This document shows positions 8,554 to 16,634 of a stretch of 46,518 nt of DNA, piece after piece. Made by a program: the position numbers and the translations under genes. Numbering within the stretch: position 1 is the first letter of the stretch; each line of letters opens with the position of its first letter. Source of the stretch: Gammaproteobacteria bacterium (GTDB lineage: Bacteria; Pseudomonadota; Gammaproteobacteria; JAAEPA01); the NCBI GenBank assembly GCA_024222475.1, contig JAAEPA010000698.1, positions 1-46,518 of the forward strand, in the 5' to 3' direction. Under the pieces are notes generated by a model that saw only the letters and a program-made list of their open reading frames with translations, was not told where the DNA came from and ran no database searches.

Positions 8554-8831
8554 GCGTATCGATACCATACCGTCTCCAAGGTTCACGTATTAATTCACTG
8601 GAAAAGGCCTACCAGGAAATGGCGCGCGAGATGGCCTTCCCCCCACATTTCGGACACAACCTGGATGCCTTGTGGGATGTCTTAACTACGGAGGTCACGG
8701 GCCCCTTCGAAATTATCTGGGAGGATGCCAAGCAATCCCAAAAAAAGATGGGCAAAGACTATCGCCGCCTGCTCAAGTTATTGAAAGACCTTGAGCGAAC
8801 CCGAGAGGATTTCCGACTGAAGCTGAAATAA
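8550..8831 (+). CDS. barstar-family ribonuclease inhibitor
   Basis: 93-aa ORF whose start overlaps the barnase stop in an ATGA. The NLDALWDVLT motif is typical of barstar. Confidence 0.8.
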   Translation: MSVSIPYRLQGSRINSLEKAYQEMAREMAFPPHFGHNLDALWDVLTTEVTGPFEIIWEDAKQSQKKMGKDYRRLLKLLKDLERTREDFRLKLK

Positions 8832-8845
8832 TCGGCACCGATAAT

Positions 8846-10303
8846 TTAGCGCCGCTTACCGAATAACGAACCCAATAAACCGCGGACAATCTGGCGACCG
8901 ATCTGAGTGCCGATACTGCGCATCGCACTCTTTCCAAAGGCCTCTACCATACCCTGGCGACCTCGCCCGCGGACCGATCTACTGCGTGAACGTTGCGGTG
9001 TTTCTTGTTCGGCCTGTTTGGCGGCCTGCTCCGCCCGCGCCTGGAGTATCTCATAGGCCGAATGCCGATCAACCTCTTGTTCATAGACACCCGCCAATAC
9101 CGATTCGGCGACCAGTGCCTGGCGTTCTTGGGCGGTAATCGGGCCGATTCGGCTGCTCGGCGGAGCAATCAAGACCCTTTGTACCACGCTAGGCTGCCCC
9201 TTTGCATCCAAGGTAGAAACGAGGGCCTCCCCTACCCCCAGCTCGGTGATCGCGGTGGCTGTTTCCAGATCGGGATTGGTGCGAAAGGTCTGGGCAGCGG
9301 AGCGTACCGCCTTTTGATCTTTGGGTGTGAAGGCCCGCAAGGCATGTTGCACCCGATTTCCCAATTGTCCCAACACATCTACAGGGATATCCAGAGGATT
9401 CTGGGAAACGAAATAAACCCCCACGCCCTTTGAACGAATGAGCCGTACTACCTGCTCGATCTTGTCCTGCAGGACCTTGGACGCATCGTCGAACAGCAGA
9501 TGGGCCTCGTCGAAGAACAGCACCAGCCTTGGTTTATCCCGGTCACCGACCTCGGAGAGCTGCTCGAACAGTTCGGAGAGCAACCACAGCAGCAGAGTCG
9601 AATAGAGCTGGGGGGCATTCATCAATTGATTCGCCGCCAAAATATTAATCACCCCATGGCCATGCTCATCGGTCTGAATCAGATCGTCGATCTGCAGATC
9701 CGGCTCTCCGAACAGCAGATCGCCCCCCTGATCCTCCAGACTGATCAGGCGGCGTTGAATCGCCCCAATACTGGCCGGTGAGATATTGCCATAGCTGGTT
9801 CTGAACTCGGCCCGATGATCGGCAACGAACCGCAGCATGGCGCGCAGATCCTTAATATCCAGCAATAGCCAGCCATTATCATCGGCCACCCTGAACACCA
9901 GCGACAACACACCTTGTTGGGTCTCATTGAGGTTCAATAACCTGGCGAGTAACAAGGGGCCCATGTCGGTAATGGTAGTGCGTACCGGATGACCTTGTTT
10001 ACGATAAACGTCCCACAGGGTGACGGGAAAGCCCGCAAACGCGTGCTCCGCCAATCCCAACTGCGCAAGGCGCTCCGAGAACTTAGGGCTTGGTGATCCC
10101 GGCCTGCTGATACCCGAGAGATCGCCCTTGACGTCGGCCAGAAAAACGGGCACGCCTAAGCGACTGAAGCCCTCGGCCAATACTTGTAACGTAACGGTCT
10201 TGCCCGTGCCCGTAGCACCGGCGATCAAACCGTGGCGATTGGCCATCTTGGGCAACAGGTGAACAGGGATCTCACCCTTACCGATCAGCAGCGGTTCAGC
10301 CAT
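8846..10303 (-). CDS. DUF853 / HerA-like P-loop ATPase (YjgR family)
   Basis: 485-aa ORF with an N-terminus ([25 protein letters not shown]) nearly matching E. coli YjgR. It also has an Arg-rich basic C-terminal tail. Confidence 0.9.
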   Translation of the reverse strand: MAEPLLIGKGEIPVHLLPKMANRHGLIAGATGTGKTVTLQVLAEGFSRLGVPVFLADVKGDLSGISRPGSPSPKFSERLAQLGLAEHAFAGFPVTLWDVYRKQGHPVRTTITDMGPLLLARLLNLNETQQGVLSLVFRVADDNGWLLLDIKDLRAMLRFVADHRAEFRTSYGNISPASIGAIQRRLISLEDQGGDLLFGEPDLQIDDLIQTDEHGHGVINILAANQLMNAPQLYSTLLLWLLSELFEQLSEVGDRDKPRLVLFFDEAHLLFDDASKVLQDKIEQVVRLIRSKGVGVYFVSQNPLDIPVDVLGQLGNRVQHALRAFTPKDQKAVRSAAQTFRTNPDLETATAITELGVGEALVSTLDAKGQPSVVQRVLIAPPSSRIGPITAQERQALVAESVLAGVYEQEVDRHSAYEILQARAEQAAKQAEQETPQRSRSRSVRGRGRQGMVEAFGKSAMRSIGTQIGRQIVRGLLGSLFGKRR

Positions 10304-10404
10304 GAATAACTCCTCTAAATTTTCTACAATACACCGGCATTCTACTATAAAGCCAGCGTCCTCGGCTCGGCTTGAGCCCTGCGCCCCGATTAAACATCAA
10401 AACA

Positions 10405-11601
10405 ATGCCAATCCAAAGAATCATAAGCAAAGGCAAGGTCCCGGTGAAGATCTACACCCGGGATGTAGATCCCCAGGCGATTCAGCAGCTTTGCAATATT
10501 GCTCAGCTGCCCTTCATCCACGACCATGTGGCGGCGATGCCGGATGTACATGTTGGGATTGGTGCAACCATCGGCTCGGTGATCCCCACCCATGGGGCAA
10601 TCATTCCGGCGGCGGTCGGCGTGGATATCGGTTGCGGTATGAACGCGGTGCGTCTTTCTCTGGATGCCGCAGACCTGCCGGACAATCTGCGACAGCTGCG
10701 TGGCGCGATCGAGGCCACGGTCCCGGTGGGCTTCAACATGCATCAACGAGAATGCGCCAAGGCATCCCTGTTGCACGATTTGTCCACCAGTCTGGAACCG
10801 ATCATAGAAAAACACCCACAACTGCTGAAAATGCAGAGACGCCCTTCCCAGACCTGGCCTCGCCAACTGGGCACCCTGGGAGGAGGGAATCATTTCATCG
10901 AGCTGTGCCTGGACGAAAAAGAACAGGTCTGGATCATGCTGCATTCCGGCAGCCGCGGGATCGGTAATGTGATCGGGCGTTATTTCATTCGATTAGCAAA
11001 GCAAGACATGCAACACCATATTAGTAATCTTCCGGATAGGGATCTGGCCTATTTCGAAGAAGGCAGCGAACACTTCGACGATTACATCGAGGCGGTGCAC
11101 TGGGCACAACATTATGCGATGGTCAATCGCCGTGAGATGATGCGCCTGATCGTCAATACTCTCAAAAACCTGCTGCCTCCCTTCAAGACAACCGAAGAGG
11201 CGATCAACTGTCACCATAACTATGTACAACGGGAGCATCACTTCGGGGTCGATGTGCTCATCACCCGCAAAGGCGCCATCCGCGCCGGCAAAGGCGAGTT
11301 AGGCATCATTCCCGGCAGCATGGGTGCAAAATCTTATATCGTACGCGGCAAGGGCAATTCCCAATCGTTTTGCTCCTGCTCCCACGGCGCGGGAAGGACC
11401 ATGAGCCGTACCGAAGCCAAGCGACATTTCAGCCGAATGGATCTGCAACTCCAAACCCAGGGCGTGGAGTGCCGTAAGGACAAAGGCGTGATAGATGAAA
11501 TCCCGGCAGCTTATAAAGACATTGATAAAGTGATGGAAAACCAGTCCGATCTGGTTGAGGCCGTGCATACCTTGAAACAAGTAGTTTGCATCAAGGGCTG
11601 A
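10405..11601 (+). CDS. rtcB: RNA 3'-phosphate/5'-OH ligase RtcB
   Basis: Colinear by eye with E. coli RtcB (MPDVHVGIGATIGSVIP, AAVGVDIGCGM, GGGNHFIE, HSGSRGIGN, CHHNY, CSCSHGAGR, VVCIKG). The ATG at 10405 is preferred over the TTG at 10372 given in the ORF track. Confidence 0.93.
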   Translation: MPIQRIISKGKVPVKIYTRDVDPQAIQQLCNIAQLPFIHDHVAAMPDVHVGIGATIGSVIPTHGAIIPAAVGVDIGCGMNAVRLSLDAADLPDNLRQLRGAIEATVPVGFNMHQRECAKASLLHDLSTSLEPIIEKHPQLLKMQRRPSQTWPRQLGTLGGGNHFIELCLDEKEQVWIMLHSGSRGIGNVIGRYFIRLAKQDMQHHISNLPDRDLAYFEEGSEHFDDYIEAVHWAQHYAMVNRREMMRLIVNTLKNLLPPFKTTEEAINCHHNYVQREHHFGVDVLITRKGAIRAGKGELGIIPGSMGAKSYIVRGKGNSQSFCSCSHGAGRTMSRTEAKRHFSRMDLQLQTQGVECRKDKGVIDEIPAAYKDIDKVMENQSDLVEAVHTLKQVVCIKG

Positions 11602-11627
11602 TCGATATTATTGACACCGCTACTTAA

Positions 11628-11787
11628 CCCGGATATTCCATAAATTACACACGCCCTCGCTTGATCCTTGTTTCCGCAAGAAATTTTACTCAGTCGGCCG
11701 TAAGCGTGGATACACCGCTCCTTCGCAAAGTCCCTTGTGGAAACAAATCTCTACGCGATCATCGTGCAAATTCATGAAATATCCAGG
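11628..11787. mobile_element. A-family MITE-like element, copy A2 (160 bp)
   Basis: Same architecture as A1. Flanked by direct TTAA at 11624-11627 and 11788-11791. It sits in the convergent gap between rtcB and the thioredoxin-fold gene. Confidence 0.85.
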
Positions 11788-11801
11788 TTAACCTCTTTGG
11801 T

Positions 11802-12878
11802 TCAACGGTTGCGCAGTTTGTCCGCGAACGCCTCCCGTTCCTGATCGATGTTCTTGCGTTTCCACTGATAGAAAACAGGATCTTCGATATAGCCTTTCTC
11901 GGCGACGTAACGCAGTATACCGGCCAACCGAAAAAACTGAACCACGGACTCGATGCGCATGATCTCTTGGCCCCTCTCGTCGAAGAGCAGAAGGGTCGGC
12001 GTGTAGGACAGCTTGAGTTGAACAGCCCACTCAAAGGGCGTCAGCCTCTCACCACCGGGCGTGAGCACGGGAGTTTCCCTGTCCCACACATTCAATTGCA
12101 CTACTTCATAGCCTTGCAGACGCTGACGCACAACCTTGTTCTGCAAGGGCTCGGAATGCAGGATGTCACAGGCATGGCATTTAGGCTGTTCAAAGATCAC
12201 CAGCATGGGCCGACTGGCCTGAAAATGACTGCGGTCGAGGACATAGGGGGGGCTGATGAATAAATCATCGTGGTTTAAGGCCTCTCCTTCGAAAAGCAGT
12301 GGGGGATCAGCCTTGGCAAGATAGTCCCTGAATGACTGTTTCCGGTAATGCCCATCCGCGACATACTCCAGGGCTGCCCGCATCTTGTATGCGGGGTGGT
12401 AACCCCTGAGTACGAGTGCCTTTTTGCGGTCCTTCCCAAAAAATATCAGTGAGGGTGTAAAGTGAGTCTTTTCCTGTACGGCATACTCCTTTACTGTCAT
12501 GGCATTGCCCTCGGGGTCAGTGAGTTTCACGGTGCTGAACACATTGAGGCCGATAACATCGAAGTGCCTTGTGACATACGCGACCACATCGGGCTTGGAC
12601 AGGTTCTCTTCCATCATCGCCTTGCAGTAGGCGCAATGCTTTTGACCGAAATAGATGATAATGCCTGATTTTCCAGCCTCCAGGGCCTCATCCAGATCCT
12701 CTCGAAGATCAAGAAAACTCACCTTGAACCAGTCTGGATGCCCGCCGAGATAGCCGGTCGGCAGATCGTCGAAAGAGTAGTGCTCAGGCGCGTCTTGGGC
12801 CCGTGCAACCCCGCTGACAACCGGAAACTGAGCTAGAGTTACAACGGCAACACAAAGAACTGCTGACAAATAACTCAT
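11802..12878 (-). CDS. periplasmic protein with two thioredoxin-fold domains (CAYC and CHAC motifs)
   Basis: 358-aa ORF with a signal peptide (VVSGVARA/QD) and two Trx-like segments, YFGQKHCAYCKAM and FEQPKCHACDIL. Confidence 0.7.
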   Translation of the reverse strand: MSYLSAVLCVAVVTLAQFPVVSGVARAQDAPEHYSFDDLPTGYLGGHPDWFKVSFLDLREDLDEALEAGKSGIIIYFGQKHCAYCKAMMEENLSKPDVVAYVTRHFDVIGLNVFSTVKLTDPEGNAMTVKEYAVQEKTHFTPSLIFFGKDRKKALVLRGYHPAYKMRAALEYVADGHYRKQSFRDYLAKADPPLLFEGEALNHDDLFISPPYVLDRSHFQASRPMLVIFEQPKCHACDILHSEPLQNKVVRQRLQGYEVVQLNVWDRETPVLTPGGERLTPFEWAVQLKLSYTPTLLLFDERGQEIMRIESVVQFFRLAGILRYVAEKGYIEDPVFYQWKRKNIDQEREAFADKLRNR

Positions 12879-13053
12879 AATTCAAGATCTTTCTCACTGA
12901 TTATATTGTTATTTTATTGGCTGAATACTTAAGTATGTACGATCACTTGCAGTGACCTAAATTATAGAATATTTAGTTTCAACGCAACCAGCTTAGGTTA
13001 GTTTCAACAAACATTAAAACCAACCCATGTTAGATTAAAAGTACAAAAAAAGT

Positions 13054-13083
13054 TTGACAAAGCTCTTACCGAGTTATTATTGT
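13054..13083 (+). promoter_or_regulatory. candidate sigma70 promoter for the cytochrome/nrfCD/fccAB operon
   Basis: Perfect TTGACA at 13054-13059. It is followed by TATTAT (15-nt spacer) or TATTGT (18-nt spacer). This would give a leader of about 375 nt. Confidence 0.3.
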
Positions 13084-13459
13084 TACACCCAACGAGCCCG
13101 GAATCGCCATTGATGGCGGGGTGATCGCGCTAGGGCTTAGGCTAATTTGCGATCATGGTATAAGCATAAAAACGAATAATAATAACTAGAAAAGAATATA
13201 GAGGAGTGCCGTCTCAATGGGAACCCACTGCAATCAGCTTGCCAAGCACATTTCTACGATACCAGCGCCGCATATAAAAACGCGGACTATTCCCTGTGGT
13301 ACGTTTGGGTCGAAACGGCACAAGACCTGACTCAGATCAGCACCATGGCCGATACCCAGAGAGATGCTCATTGCGAAAAGGCGGATTCCGGGTCAAGGAT
13401 CATGGATAACCGCTCAACAAACCCCTGACTTTTAATAAGCCGATTCGAGGGAAAGACAG

Positions 13460-13966
13460 ATGAACCCATCGCCAAGAGCGCACATCTATCGAATGATTCT
13501 TGCGCTGATCGTCTTTTTAGCAGCCTTTATAGGGATCAGGGCCTTAGCCATCCCGGGTAGTTGGGATAGTGAACGTTGGTACCGCACGGATTCTCTAGGC
13601 GAATTGCAATCACTACCGCTTCGTTACGGGGGTAACGAGTCCTGCGACACCGCAGGTTGTCATGACCCGAAAGATGAGACAGCACGCCACCAAGAAAAAC
13701 TTTCCGCACTGGCATTAGGTCCACATGAGGGGCTAGCTTGCGAGGTTTGCCATGGCCCGGTGGCTGACCACGTCAAGGACGGCAAGAAGGTCAATGAGGC
13801 CAAAGTCACGGTAGCCAATGACCTCTGTATGAGTTGTCACCAAAAGCTTATTGGCCGCCCGGATCAATTCGCCCAGTTTAGCGAGACTCTGATCTATCAC
13901 AAGTTGCTGAATGTGCGTGAAAGATCGCTATGCCGAGCTTGTCACGATCCCCATGAACCCAAATAG
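13460..13966 (+). CDS. membrane-anchored tetrahaem cytochrome c
   Basis: 168-aa ORF with an N-terminal hydrophobic anchor (MILALIVFLAAFIGIRALAI). Four haem motifs: CDTAGCH (CX4CH), CEVCH, CMSCH and CRACH. Confidence 0.8.
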   Translation: MNPSPRAHIYRMILALIVFLAAFIGIRALAIPGSWDSERWYRTDSLGELQSLPLRYGGNESCDTAGCHDPKDETARHQEKLSALALGPHEGLACEVCHGPVADHVKDGKKVNEAKVTVANDLCMSCHQKLIGRPDQFAQFSETLIYHKLLNVRERSLCRACHDPHEPK

Positions 13967-13989
13967 TCACGGTGCTGCGAGGAGAAAAA

Positions 13990-14766
13990 ATGGCTAACCC
14001 TGAAGTGGACGGAAGAAGGGTATTCCTGAAAAAATTGCTGGGTGGGACCGCAGCCGCCAGCGCGGGTGTGCTGTTGGTGTACAAACAACCCGCGTCGGCC
14101 AAGCCGTCGGCTGCACGAAAGCAAGACGGCGAGGCGCATGAACAACAGTATGCCTTCGTGGTGGACATCGACCGCTGTATCGGCTGCGGCAACTGCGTCT
14201 CCGCCTGCAGCACCGAAAACAAGGTACCACAAGGCCAGTTCCGAACCTGGGTCGAGCGCTATGTGGTCACCCAGGAAGGCGTGCACATCGACTCTCCCAA
14301 AGGGGGCATGGAGGGCTTCCCAGAACTTGATGAGACACTCGAGAAACAGGCCATCAATTCATTTTTTGTGCCTAAGTTATGCAATCAATGCGAAGACGCC
14401 CCTTGCGTGCAGGTATGCCCCGTAGGCGCAACCTACCGCTCCGATGACGGTTTTGTATTAGTCGACCCGGAACACTGCATGGCTTGCAGCTACTGCATCC
14501 AGGCCTGCCCCTATGGAGCCAGATTCATGAATAAAGAAACACACATGGCCGATAAGTGCACCTGGTGCTATCACCGAGTCAAAAATGACAAATTACCGGC
14601 CTGCGTCACCGTCTGCCCCACCCATGCGCGCAGCTTCGGCGATCTGAATGACAGCGCCAGCCAGGTGGCACAGGTGGTTCAATCGGACCATTGGGATACT
14701 TTGAAATCAGATCTGCACACGGGATGTCAAGTACTGTACTCCGGCCTGCCCAGAGAGGTGGTTTAA
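13990..14766 (+). CDS. Tat-exported 4x[4Fe-4S] ferredoxin subunit, NrfC/PsrB/DsrO family
   Basis: Twin-arginine motif GRRVFLKKL. Four Cys clusters: CIGCGNCVSAC, CNQCEDAPCVQVCP, CMACSYCIQACP and CTWC...CVTVCP. The ATG at 13990 with a GAGGAG Shine-Dalgarno is preferred over the GTG at 13972. Confidence 0.88.
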   Translation: MANPEVDGRRVFLKKLLGGTAAASAGVLLVYKQPASAKPSAARKQDGEAHEQQYAFVVDIDRCIGCGNCVSACSTENKVPQGQFRTWVERYVVTQEGVHIDSPKGGMEGFPELDETLEKQAINSFFVPKLCNQCEDAPCVQVCPVGATYRSDDGFVLVDPEHCMACSYCIQACPYGARFMNKETHMADKCTWCYHRVKNDKLPACVTVCPTHARSFGDLNDSASQVAQVVQSDHWDTLKSDLHTGCQVLYSGLPREVV

Positions 14767-14767
14767 G

Positions 14768-15949
14768 ATGACACTGCCTAACGAATCGTTGGTTAATTTC
14801 ATATTTCCCAACAACGCTCATATTGACTGGTCATTGATGATCGTGATCTACCCCTATATCACGGGCTTGGTTGCCGGTGCATTCGTGGTGTCATCGCTTT
14901 ATCACGTTTTCAAAATCAAGGAATTTGAACCTGTTGCACGATTTGCCTTGATTAGCGCTTTTTGCTTCGGTTTATTCGCAGCATTTCCGCTGCTGGTCCA
15001 TCTGGGGCAACCCCAGCGGGCCTTCAACATCTTTTTCACCACCCATACGACCTCGGCCATGAGTATCTTTGGCTACGTCTATGGCAGCTACATGATCCTA
15101 TTGATCGTTGAACTCTGGCTAACCTACCGGGAATATTTTATTCAACGCGCCAATGAAACCACCGGCATCCCGCGGCTGATTTGGAGCACGCTGACCCTGG
15201 GGATAATGACCTATACGCCAGACTCTGCGCGCGTCGATCATAGGCTCAGCACCTTCCTGGCCGCTATCGGTATCCCCTGGGCCTGCACCCTGCATGGCTA
15301 TGTCGGATTCATCTTCGGCACGGTAAAGGCCAACGCCTGGTGGGCAACCCCCTTGCAACCCATCATCTTCCTGATGTCTGCCATCGTCAGCGGCATGGCC
15401 ATGCTGTGCGTAATGTACACCATTATCCACTGGCGAAAAGGATGGGACTATGACTATGCAATGGTCAAAAAGCTGATGGGCTTTCTGTGGGGATTTTTCA
15501 TCATTGATTTCACCTTGGAAATGTTAGAGATCATCTATGTCGCCTACGAACACGGCCATCACTGGTCCGTGGTCGGTCCGCTGCTCGGTGGGCCCTTATA
15601 CGGCAGTTTCTTTATCGGCCAGGTACTGATTCTTTCGGTTATCCCGTTTCTAATTCTGGGCTATATAGTGATCTCCCGGGTGGCGGGAAAGACCATGCTC
15701 TATCTGGCAAACATAGCCAGCCTGATGCTCGTCCTACAGGTGCTGGTCATGCGCTTTAATGTCGTAGTTGGGGGTCAATACATCTCCAAATCAGACCGAG
15801 GGTTCGTTGATTTCCACTTCGAATTATTTGCTAAGGAGGGCGTACTGGTGGCGGTGGCCATCCTGGCGGCCCCCTTCATCGTGTATTACATCCTGTCTAA
15901 ACTGATACCGATATTCCACCAAGATGATGTAACCAGCAGTGAAGGCTAA
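14768..15949 (+). CDS. NrfD/PsrC/DsrP-family integral membrane quinone-interacting subunit
   Basis: 393-aa ORF with about 9-10 hydrophobic segments by eye. Its ATG lies 1 nt after the stop of the FeS gene. The FeS-then-membrane-subunit order is the typical NrfC-NrfD arrangement. Confidence 0.85.
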   Translation: MTLPNESLVNFIFPNNAHIDWSLMIVIYPYITGLVAGAFVVSSLYHVFKIKEFEPVARFALISAFCFGLFAAFPLLVHLGQPQRAFNIFFTTHTTSAMSIFGYVYGSYMILLIVELWLTYREYFIQRANETTGIPRLIWSTLTLGIMTYTPDSARVDHRLSTFLAAIGIPWACTLHGYVGFIFGTVKANAWWATPLQPIIFLMSAIVSGMAMLCVMYTIIHWRKGWDYDYAMVKKLMGFLWGFFIIDFTLEMLEIIYVAYEHGHHWSVVGPLLGGPLYGSFFIGQVLILSVIPFLILGYIVISRVAGKTMLYLANIASLMLVLQVLVMRFNVVVGGQYISKSDRGFVDFHFELFAKEGVLVAVAILAAPFIVYYILSKLIPIFHQDDVTSSEG

Positions 15950-16001
15950 GCGCGAGTTCATCATGGATTATGCAAATAGACTCGAACACAGAACAGTGAC
16001 C

Positions 16002-16577
16002 ATGAAAAAAACAACGATTTGGATCGCGGTACTCTTCGCTCTGATGGTGGTTAACCCGGCGGGCGCTAACCCCATCCCCTCCTCCACCCTGTCAAACAAT
16101 TGCGCCGGTTGCCATGGCACCTATGGCTACAGCACGGAGCCCATGCCTATCATTGCCGGGCTCCCCGCGGCCTATTTCAGCCGGATCATGCGCCAATTCC
16201 AGAACGGAAAACGCCCCTCGACCATCATGGGGCGGCTTGCCAGGGGATACAGTGAAAGCGAACTCGATGATATGGCCGCTTTTTTTGCCTCACAAAGATG
16301 GAAATCTCCAGCCCAAGAGGTCGACAATACCATGGTCCTCAAGGGAGGAAAGATCCATGAAGAGAAATGTAAGGTCTGCCATAAAAACAAGGGCAGATAC
16401 CAGGATGATGTTACACCAAGAATAGCCGGGCAGTGGCTAGAATACCTGAAAATCAGCCTGCAGGAATACTCGCGAAGCGACCGAAAGATGCCGCATTATT
16501 TCATGACTACCATATCTAACACTCTGAGCTCCAAGGATATCACTGCATTGGCCCATTTTTATGCCAATGAAAGATGA
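16002..16577 (+). CDS. fccA: flavocytochrome c sulfide dehydrogenase, dihaem cytochrome c subunit
   Basis: Signal peptide MKKTTIWIAVLFALMVVNPAGA, two CXXCH motifs (CAGCH, CKVCH), and a position immediately upstream of fccB. The start is taken at the internal ATG at 16002. Confidence 0.8.
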   Translation: MKKTTIWIAVLFALMVVNPAGANPIPSSTLSNNCAGCHGTYGYSTEPMPIIAGLPAAYFSRIMRQFQNGKRPSTIMGRLARGYSESELDDMAAFFASQRWKSPAQEVDNTMVLKGGKIHEEKCKVCHKNKGRYQDDVTPRIAGQWLEYLKISLQEYSRSDRKMPHYFMTTISNTLSSKDITALAHFYANER

Positions 16578-16634
16578 TAATGGCTGAATTTTTTATTGCG
16601 CCATTCCTCAGTGAACACATAAGGTAAGCTGATC

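Noticed and set aside
10302-10967. A 221-aa plus-strand ORF and a 184-aa minus-strand ORF overlapping the 5' half of rtcB
   Set aside because: They are alternative frames of a region whose RtcB frame aligns residue by residue with E. coli RtcB. Their Pro/Arg/Gly-rich composition indicates frame shadows.
15939-16001. An upstream ATG at 15939 for fccA, overlapping the end of the NrfD-like gene
   Set aside because: The extra 21 residues (MKAKREFIMDYANRLEHRTVT) precede a canonical signal peptide that begins at the ATG at 16002. A signal peptide is expected at the extreme N-terminus.
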